A DNA stretch of 12,962 nt from a metagenome. The notes under the pieces are model-generated. The model worked only from the letters and a program-made list of their open reading frames with translations, was not told the DNA's origin and did not search any database. Below, one piece after another: positions 7,796 to 12,962 of the stretch (within the stretch, counting starts at the first letter, position 1; every line of letters begins with the position of its first letter). The stretch lies in sequence record Ga0255762_10003207. One strand, written 5' to 3'. The translations under genes were made by a program, and so were the position numbers.

Positions 7796-7892
7796 GTGAG
7801 TAAGCAAGCGAATGAATGAATGCATAAATGGCTAAACATAGATTTGTAGTATTAATGGTGGTGGTACCGTAAAATAAATCGTCGCAAACAAA

Positions 7893-9476
7893 CTAAATGA
7901 CCCCGAGACGTCGCTTGAGCCACGCCGGGAAGAACATGCGCGCGAAACCTTCACCTTTGACGATTGGGAAGATTATTTTGCACGCGCCAGTGAGAATGTT
8001 ACCACCCTTGAAGATGCGCTCGGGCGTCGGGAGCGGCACCAACAGCCTCCCGATGCCAAAGAGCGCGACGCTGAAAAAGTGGTTCACTAAATTGAGCGGG
8101 TTGGAATCGAGGCCGGAAAGCAACGCGATCGGGCCTCGAGCGTAGGATCCACCGAGCTTGAGGTACTCGAAGCACGCTTGGCGCATCTCCTCCATGCTCG
8201 TGTCGCCGCTCGAGCAAAACACGGCGTACAGCGCATTGGCGAGTGTGTTAATCGTCAGCGCCGGTTGCGTACGGTGACGGTAAAACTCATCCAGCTTGGC
8301 GCCCGTCCTTTCGCCGTCTGAAAAGTCCGGAAGCGGGTCGAGCATCGACTTGAAGGTGTGAATGTCGTTGAGCGCCACCGTCATACCGCCGCCGGTGAGC
8401 GGGTGACGCATGTTAAAGGCGTCACCCAAGAGCACCGCCCCGGGGGTTCTCGACGGCTTGGCCGCCATCGTCTTGTTAGGCATCGATCTAAATTGTCCAT
8501 CGTTGACCGCCTTGATGAGATGCGGCCTGAGTTGTTCCGGAATTTGCGGCACAATCTTCTCGAGCACGTACTTGGCCATTTCACCCTTGGCGACACTCGG
8601 CATCTTGACCGAGGACGGAATGTCCACCAAACAGCGCACCTCTTCGCTCGAGATGGGGTAAAAGAGAATTGGAGACGGATTTCCCAAAACCACGTGCCCG
8701 TGGTTTCCGTTTGGCAACAAATCGCTCGGTTTTCCCTTGAGAATCAAGCCAACGAAGTGACTCGGGTGATCCGGAGCCGCTTGGCTCAACTTTGATCTCA
8801 AACTACTAAAGTGCCCATCGCACACCACCGTGAGCGGCGCGAACACCGTCTTGGTTTCACTCGATCCCTCGATCACTTTTTGTCTCTTCTCGTCCCACTT
8901 ATCCCCCGTGGTGTACGACACCCCCGCGACGACTTCGCCCTCCTTCCACTCGTTACCCTCAGCGTTGAGCAGCTTCTTCACCGTCCCTTGGCGCACCTCA
9001 ACCTTGTCGACGGCCATCGCCGCCTCGCGAAGCTTTTGCACAAACCTACCGTTGTGAAAACTTCGCCCCGCCACGTCATCCGAACGCCCTTCGAGCGGGT
9101 ACGTCATCGTCGCCACTTCGCCGTCTTTAAACATTGTGTACCCGTACACCTTCTGCGCGTCGATGCCCTCCACGCACGACTCCAACCCGAGATCCTTCAG
9201 CTTCAGGTATCCCCCAGGTTGCAACAACTCGCCAACAATCCGGTCCGGTTGCGACAAATCCCGTTCAATGCACAAAACCCGTCGTCCTTCTTTACCGAGC
9301 GCGTACGCCAGGCTCGCCCCGGCGACGCCCGCGCCGACGACGACGACGTCGAACGGTCCGGACGTGGTTGGTGAAGTGGCCAACGCGGTGGTTCCATGAG
9401 CGGCAGCAGCGGCATCGTCGCCACCGCCGTTCTTCCTCTTCTTCTTCATGCTAAACGCCGATCGGAAGCTCCCCAT
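7893..9476 (-). CDS. SQE: Squalene epoxidase (squalene monooxygenase), 527 aa, single exon.
   Basis: The ORF-track start at 9554 is GTG. The first real ATG is 9476-9474 (MGSFRSAFSMKKKRKN...), with a second at 9449. TAG at 7895-7893. FAD Rossmann motif DVVVVGAGVAGASLAYALGKEGRRVLCIERD. Family blocks GELLQPGG, VVCDGHFSSLR and LLGDAFNMRHPLTGGGMTVAL. Hydrophobic C-terminal membrane-associated region. Confidence 0.92.
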   Translation of the reverse strand: MGSFRSAFSMKKKRKNGGGDDAAAAAHGTTALATSPTTSGPFDVVVVGAGVAGASLAYALGKEGRRVLCIERDLSQPDRIVGELLQPGGYLKLKDLGLESCVEGIDAQKVYGYTMFKDGEVATMTYPLEGRSDDVAGRSFHNGRFVQKLREAAMAVDKVEVRQGTVKKLLNAEGNEWKEGEVVAGVSYTTGDKWDEKRQKVIEGSSETKTVFAPLTVVCDGHFSSLRSKLSQAAPDHPSHFVGLILKGKPSDLLPNGNHGHVVLGNPSPILFYPISSEEVRCLVDIPSSVKMPSVAKGEMAKYVLEKIVPQIPEQLRPHLIKAVNDGQFRSMPNKTMAAKPSRTPGAVLLGDAFNMRHPLTGGGMTVALNDIHTFKSMLDPLPDFSDGERTGAKLDEFYRHRTQPALTINTLANALYAVFCSSGDTSMEEMRQACFEYLKLGGSYARGPIALLSGLDSNPLNLVNHFFSVALFGIGRLLVPLPTPERIFKGGNILTGACKIIFPIVKGEGFARMFFPAWLKRRLGVI

Positions 9477-9768
9477 GTCGCGACGATCAACCGAGTCGAA
9501 ATCAATAAAACGTTCCTCTGGAAGAAACACGCGCGAAGAACACACGAACGACACGCCGCTTCGTCCGTCCGTCCGCCCGCGCGCGCGTCGAGTTCTCGCG
9601 CGAGAGTCACCGTTCCTCCCTTCTTCCGTTCGTTCGTTCGTCCGTCGACGCGCGTCTCTGTCGTCGCCGTCGTCGTCGAAGACGCAACGTTCGACCCGTC
9701 AAGGCGCCAGGCAGACGAATTTGGATAACATGCACACTGTTTACACATAGTAATGTGGTCGGCACCCG

Positions 9769-9784
9769 CGATCGATCGATCGAT
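9769..9784. repeat. (CGAT)4 self-complementary tetranucleotide repeat.
   Basis: cgatcgatcgatcgat read directly. It contains overlapping ATCGAT and CGATCG palindromes. Confidence 0.9.
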
Positions 9785-9863
9785 GGACCATCGCGCGGTT
9801 TTCAAGGTGCGACCGTCGATGGTGAACGGTGAAAAGTACCGATCGGTTTCTTCGTCATCGATC

Positions 9864-9893
9864 GAGCCGAGCCGGGCCGAGCCGAGCCGAGCC
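9864..9893 (+). repeat. (GAGCC)6 pentanucleotide repeat, third unit GGGCC, in the presumed KRI1 5' leader.
   Basis: gagcc gagcc gggcc gagcc gagcc gagcc read directly. It is followed by G-runs (gggg cggtt gggg aagagcgc ggg). Confidence 0.9.
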
Positions 9894-9942
9894 GGGGCGG
9901 TTGGGGAAGAGCGCGGGAGCGCGACGTCGACCGAACGGATCG

Positions 9943-12270
9943 ATGACGCGAGGCGGTGGGAAGAAGAAGACGGCGATGTTTGACGACGAGGATGGATCGG
10001 ATTCGTCGTCCTGGACGTCGTCGTCGTCGTCGTCGTCGAGCGAAGAAGACGACGATGATGATGTTCGCGGTGCGTCCAGCAGAGGCGGCGGCGGCTCGAG
10101 CGATGATGATTCGTCGTCGTCGTCGTCGTCGTCGTCGGAACGAAACAAGAAATCTAAGACGAAGAGCGGTAAAAACAACAGCAAGGATAAACTTCGAATC
10201 AACGAGGCGTTCGCGGCGAGGTTTGAACACAACGAGCGGAGGAAGGAGATGCACAGACTGCAAGCGAAGCTCGAGCGCGAGTACGCGGTTTCGGCGCTCG
10301 GGGCATCCGGCGCGGAAGGCGGTGATGGCGGTGAGGGTGAAGATGATGAGGATGATGATTCGAGCGCGACGGAGAGCGATGAGGAGGAGGTTTTGGAACG
10401 CGCGTTCGATGGGGCGTTTGCAGAGGCTTTGACGAAGATTCGCGAGCGAGACCCGTCGATTTACGACGCCGAAACGAAACTCTTTCAGGACGAAGACGAC
10501 GCGGATGATGATGATGCGGGTAAAAAGTCAGAACAACCGAAACGTAAAAAGGCGACGCTTCGCGAGGTGACGGCGACGCAGTTGTTGGAAGGAGGCGCCA
10601 CGGCGTTGGAGGACGCCGAAGCCGAAGCCGAAGCGCGATCGATGAAGACGGGCGACGGTCCGTCGTACGTAGAGGAGCAAGCCGCGCTCAAGGAGGCGTT
10701 CAAGAGCGCGGCGGCGGCGTTTGGTAACGATAGTGATGGCGAAAATGGAGGCTCGGGCGACGAAGTCGAGGAAGATGGTGGGTTGGTGGTGAAGAGACGC
10801 GCCGAAAAGATGGAGGCTTTTCGTGAGGACGATCAAAAGGCGGCGAATGAAAAGTTGTCCAAGTATTTCGACGCGCGAGGCGAACGAGGGGAACTGAGCG
10901 CTGAGGATAAGTTTTTGCGCGAATATCTCTTGGAAAAACAGTGGATGAAGACGGACGAGGGTACGGCGAAGAAAAAGAGGGAGAGAAACAGAAGCAGAGA
11001 AATGGACGACGACGGCGACAGCGACGGCGACGGGAGCTCTTCGTCGTCCTCCTCTTCTTCTTCATCCTCCTCTTCTTCATCCTCACTCTTAGAACGCGCC
11101 GAGGAATTCGAGCACAAGTACAACTTTAGATTTGAAGAGCCCGGGTCGGACCGCTTACAGTCGCACTCGAGACACATCGAGGGATTGGTTCGCCGAGAGG
11201 ATACCAAGCGCCGCGATAAGCGGAAAAAGGTCAAGGAGCGCAAAGAGTCGGAGCGCGCTAAACTCCTCGCGGAAGTTCGTCGATTGAAGAATCTCAAGCG
11301 CGAAGAGATTGAGAGTAAGATGCGTCAAATCTCTGCGGTCGGCGGCGTGCGAGACGATGTCGTCCACGGCGCCACCGATTTGACGACAGAGTTTGATCCA
11401 GAAGCGCACGACGCCGTCATGGCAAAGATGTACGGTGACGACTACTACGGAGACGAGGAGGGCGATGGAGGATCACTACAAAAACCTGAATTTGGTGATT
11501 TGGAGGATGAATTGGCGACGCTGCTCAAGGGAGGGGATGTTGGCGGCGAGGAGGACGACGACTTTGAGGGCGACGACTTTCCTGACGCGGAGGACAAAGA
11601 AGAGGACTTGAGCGACGACGACGAAGAAGAAGAAGAAGAAGAAGAAGAAGAAGAAGAAGAAGAAGCCGCAGAGCAAGAAGAATTTCCTCTCGAGGAAAAC
11701 AAATATAGCAAGAGAGCGGCGAAAAAGTGGCGCAAGGAGCTCATGGCAAAGATGGATGAGTATTACAAGTTGGACGCCGAAGATTTCATCGGCGATACCC
11801 CCACGCGGTTCGCGTACAAAGAGGTTGCTCCGAAGATGTTCGGTCTCACGACGCGCGATATTTTGACCATGGATGACAAGTCTCTCAATCAAATCGTCGG
11901 TCTGAAGAAGCTCGCACCGTATAGAGACGACGCGAACGACGCGACCATCGACGCTAACCAGCGCGCGAGAGCGCGACGCATGGCTAGAGAGTTCCTGTCT
12001 TCGTCTGCGCGCGGCGGCGACAAAAAGAAGAAGAAGAGATTGCGTGACTCATCCAAAGTCGTCGATAAAAATGACGACGACGACGACGACGAGCTCGAGA
12101 TTGAGACTCGCGCCGCGTCCTACGCCGACGCAGCCTTTGGTAAGAAGAAGACGTCTTCGACGACGACGACGACGACGACACCGGGCGGCGGCGTCGGTAA
12201 AAACGCGCGAAAGAACGCTAAAAAGCGCGCCAAGCGTAAAGCCAAGGAGGAGCACGCTGAAGCCGCGTGA
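9943..12270 (+). CDS. KRI1: KRI1-like nucleolar ribosome-biogenesis protein, 775 aa, single exon, extremely rich in acidic and Ser low-complexity tracts.
   Basis: The ORF-track start at 9829 is GTG; the first ATG is 9943. TGA at 12268-12270. N-terminal KRI1 signature LRINEAFAARFEHNERRKEMHRLQAKLE (human [25 protein letters not shown]). Central block FEHKYNFRFEE. KRI1 C-terminal domain RFAYKEVAPKMFGLTTRDILTMDDKSLNQIVGLKKLAPYR. Confidence 0.9.
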   Translation: MTRGGGKKKTAMFDDEDGSDSSSWTSSSSSSSSEEDDDDDVRGASSRGGGGSSDDDSSSSSSSSSERNKKSKTKSGKNNSKDKLRINEAFAARFEHNERRKEMHRLQAKLEREYAVSALGASGAEGGDGGEGEDDEDDDSSATESDEEEVLERAFDGAFAEALTKIRERDPSIYDAETKLFQDEDDADDDDAGKKSEQPKRKKATLREVTATQLLEGGATALEDAEAEAEARSMKTGDGPSYVEEQAALKEAFKSAAAAFGNDSDGENGGSGDEVEEDGGLVVKRRAEKMEAFREDDQKAANEKLSKYFDARGERGELSAEDKFLREYLLEKQWMKTDEGTAKKKRERNRSREMDDDGDSDGDGSSSSSSSSSSSSSSSSSLLERAEEFEHKYNFRFEEPGSDRLQSHSRHIEGLVRREDTKRRDKRKKVKERKESERAKLLAEVRRLKNLKREEIESKMRQISAVGGVRDDVVHGATDLTTEFDPEAHDAVMAKMYGDDYYGDEEGDGGSLQKPEFGDLEDELATLLKGGDVGGEEDDDFEGDDFPDAEDKEEDLSDDDEEEEEEEEEEEEEEAAEQEEFPLEENKYSKRAAKKWRKELMAKMDEYYKLDAEDFIGDTPTRFAYKEVAPKMFGLTTRDILTMDDKSLNQIVGLKKLAPYRDDANDATIDANQRARARRMAREFLSSSARGGDKKKKKRLRDSSKVVDKNDDDDDDELEIETRAASYADAAFGKKKTSSTTTTTTTPGGGVGKNARKNAKKRAKRKAKEEHAEAA
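10018..10038 (+). repeat. (TCG)7 coding microsatellite (poly-Ser) in KRI1.
   Basis: Seven perfect TCG units, in frame. Confidence 0.9.
10111..10137 (+). repeat. (TCG)9 coding microsatellite (poly-Ser) in KRI1.
   Basis: Nine perfect TCG units, in frame. Confidence 0.9.
11623..11664 (+). repeat. (GAA)14 perfect coding microsatellite (Glu14) in KRI1.
   Basis: Fourteen uninterrupted GAA codons read directly, preceded by (GAC)3. Confidence 0.92.
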
Positions 12271-12541
12271 TGATGGGGCGTTTCCCGAATTCCCTAACCC
12301 ACAGAGAGTCCCTCTCGAGAGACAGAGCCTTGTAAAAACAACCTCTTTATTTCATGCATCGTTCATAAATCGTCATTTCATACACCAATGTGGTAAAATA
12401 CATTTACAGTCCCCAACGGGCACTCAAAATACACCCGTGAATCTTTACGCATCACTCACCTAGCTCGTGGGTCGAAATATTTTACGATTCTACCCACACG
12501 TCAAATGCGTGTTTAAGCACCGCTTAAACCCATCAATCTAC

Positions 12542-12655
12542 GGGGATGTGGTCTAGTGGTATGATTCTCCCTTCGGGTCTCGTCGAACGACCCAGCGCTG
12601 AAGAGCGCTAGAATGAACATGGGAGAGGCCCCGCGTTCGATTCGCGGCATCCCCC
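12542..12655 (+). tRNA. tRNA-Pro(CGG): tRNA-Pro, anticodon CGG, with a 42-nt intron at the canonical 37/38 position. The mature length is 72 nt before CCA addition.
   Basis: Manual cloverleaf. Acceptor GGGGATG (12542-48) pairs with CATCCCC (12648-54), discriminator C at 12655. D arm GTCT-AGTGGTA-TGAT. Anticodon stem CTCCC (12567-71) pairs with GGGAG (12621-25), loop TT-CGG-G...T. Variable loop AGGCC. T arm CCGCG-TTCGATT-CGCGG. The exons are near-identical in layout to human tRNA-Pro (..TGGTCTAGGGGTATGATTCTCGCTTCGGGTGCGAGAGGTC..). A box TGGTCTAGTGG, B box GCGTTCGATTCGC. CAA motif just upstream (catcaatcta). Confidence 0.9.
12578..12619 (+). other. tRNA intron (boundaries ambiguous by 1 nt because T flanks both ends).
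   Basis: This 42-nt sequence must be removed to close the anticodon stem CTCCC/GGGAG. It contains a perfect 6-bp hairpin AGCGCT-gaag-AGCGCT (12594-12609). Confidence 0.8.
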
Positions 12656-12659
12656 TGGA

Positions 12660-12665
12660 TTTTTT
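12660..12665 (+). terminator. RNA polymerase III terminator (T6 run) for tRNA-Pro.
   Basis: TTTTTT begins 5 nt after the discriminator base. Confidence 0.7.
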
Positions 12666-12686
12666 ATAGGCCTATTTCCTCTTAAG

Positions 12687-12858
12687 TACGTGTCAAATGT
12701 CCGACTTTTATAGAAAATGTTTAGTTCCGGTATCCCCCTGGATTTACGGCGGAATAATTTATAATACGGTTCAACTGTCCGAATTGTTTTCCATGCACTT
12801 TTACCAAGCAGAAATACGTACTTATAATATGACTCAGATGTCCGAATTCTAATACGTT
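12687..12858 (+). repeat. Degenerate tandem repeat, about 3.5 units spaced 78 and 63 bp apart, in the AT-rich tail downstream of the tRNA.
   Basis: The core CA[AG][AC]TGTCCGA[AC]TT occurs at 12694-12707, 12772-12785 and 12835-12848. Each copy is preceded by an A[AG]TACG element (12685-90, 12763-68, 12813-18), with a fourth AATACG at 12851-56. A weaker relative (cacgtcaaatgcg) lies upstream of the tRNA at 12497-12509. Confidence 0.7.
12728..12745 (+). repeat. Orphan duplicate of the tRNA-Pro 3' end plus trailer (cggTatccccctggattt).
   Basis: It matches 17 of 18 positions with 12645-12662 (cggCatccccctggattt), which spans the last 3 nt of the T stem, the 3' acceptor strand, the discriminator and the first trailer bases. 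No T loop or 5' half lies upstream, so it is not a gene. Confidence 0.85.
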
Positions 12859-12962
12859 AACTAAGAAAATTGCGACCAGAAAAAAGACACCGGTAGCCGC
12901 GTAAAGTGCAAATTCTGGTGCACACCAACCGGCACGCTCGCGATGATGGAAAATACCCGGCG

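Larger units (their letters stand above)
9477..9942. promoter_or_regulatory. Divergent promoter and 5'-leader region shared by SQE (-) and KRI1 (+).
   Basis: The region lies between two divergent true ATGs. It has a short AT-rich core (ggataacatgcacactgtttacacatagtaatgtgg, about 9723-9757) surrounded by simple repeats: (CGTC)n, (GTTC)3, (CGAT)4 and (GAGCC)6. Confidence 0.5.

Noticed and set aside
7796-7849. A consensus-looking 5' splice donor GTGAGTAAG immediately after the BET3 stop, with a TTTGTAG acceptor 54 nt downstream.
   Set aside because: The BET3 alignment is already complete at the stop (the C-terminus is collinear with animal Bet3). The putative intron would lie wholly in the 3' UTR and be only 54 nt long. 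It lacks a CTGAC-type branch motif like the one in the confirmed intron, so it is probably coincidental.
12267-12273. A perfect C-box-like GTGATGA overlapping the KRI1 stop codon, suggesting a C/D snoRNA in the 3' UTR.
   Set aside because: No CTGA D box occurs in the following 130 nt or so, and there is no terminal stem complementary to the 5' flank.
12292-12300. CCCTAACCC, a telomere-repeat-like word, in the KRI1 3' UTR.
   Set aside because: It is a single 9-mer of the vertebrate-type unit rather than the AAACCCT type seen in the promoter island. It is not repeated and has no partner.
1-12962. The idea that the window hides a prokaryote-style multi-gene system: a defence island, operon, CRISPR array, prophage or integrative element.
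   Set aside because: All confident genes are eukaryotic nuclear housekeeping genes (TRAPP, KRI1, squalene epoxidase, LETM1, DEAD-box helicase). The window also has a spliceosomal intron and a Pol III tRNA gene with a nuclear-type intron. Neighbouring genes are functionally unrelated and mostly on alternating strands. I found no transposase, integrase, recombinase, nuclease-helicase pair or spacer-repeat array.
12723-12962. A minus-strand reading frame that stays open from the window edge to a TAA at 12723-12725 (about 79 codons).
   Set aside because: It runs through the AT-rich tandem repeat; the EFGHL and QFGQL segments are just translated repeat cores. Its A/T-ending codons are unlike every confirmed gene here. 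It also reads through the orphan tRNA fragment.
12943-12962. ATGATGGAAAATACCCGGCG at the window edge, as the possible start of the next plus-strand gene where GC content rises again.
   Set aside because: Only six codons are visible, which is too little sequence to support a call.

Overview
This is eukaryotic nuclear DNA, not prokaryotic. It is GC-rich and very gene-dense, with almost no introns, intergenic spacers of about 100-500 bp and many CG-containing trinucleotide repeats. That profile fits a Mamiellophyceae picoalga (Ostreococcus-like), but the taxon is inference only.

The window holds seven protein-coding genes and one tRNA:
- DEAD-box RNA helicase (+, 140-1876)
- a candidate 66-aa single-pass membrane protein (+, 2357-2557)
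- an S33 prolyl-aminopeptidase-like alpha/beta hydrolase (-, two exons, 2667-4043 and 4142-4399 or 4321)
- a LETM1-domain protein (-, 4543-6828)
- TRAPP subunit Bet3/TRAPPC3 (+, 7151-7795)
- squalene epoxidase (-, 7893-9476)
- ribosome-biogenesis factor KRI1 (+, 9943-12270)
- an intron-containing tRNA-Pro(CGG) (+, 12542-12655) in an AT-rich tail

The supplied ORF track uses bacterial start codons, and three real genes are listed from TTG or GTG. I re-derived those starts from the sequence.

The genes have unrelated housekeeping functions. I see no operon, defence island, CRISPR array, transposase, integrase or other candidate multi-gene system, and I do not claim one.

The points worth a second look are small-scale:
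- a hidden 5' exon and 98-nt intron in the aminopeptidase gene
- a duplicated tRNA 3' end heading a decaying tandem repeat
- a structured tRNA intron
- an AT-rich divergent promoter with an inverted telo-box pair
- a GATC-palindrome and pentanucleotide-repeat cluster plus an overlapping uORF ahead of KRI1
- codon-level contrasts among the homopolymer tracts
- very short convergent spacers
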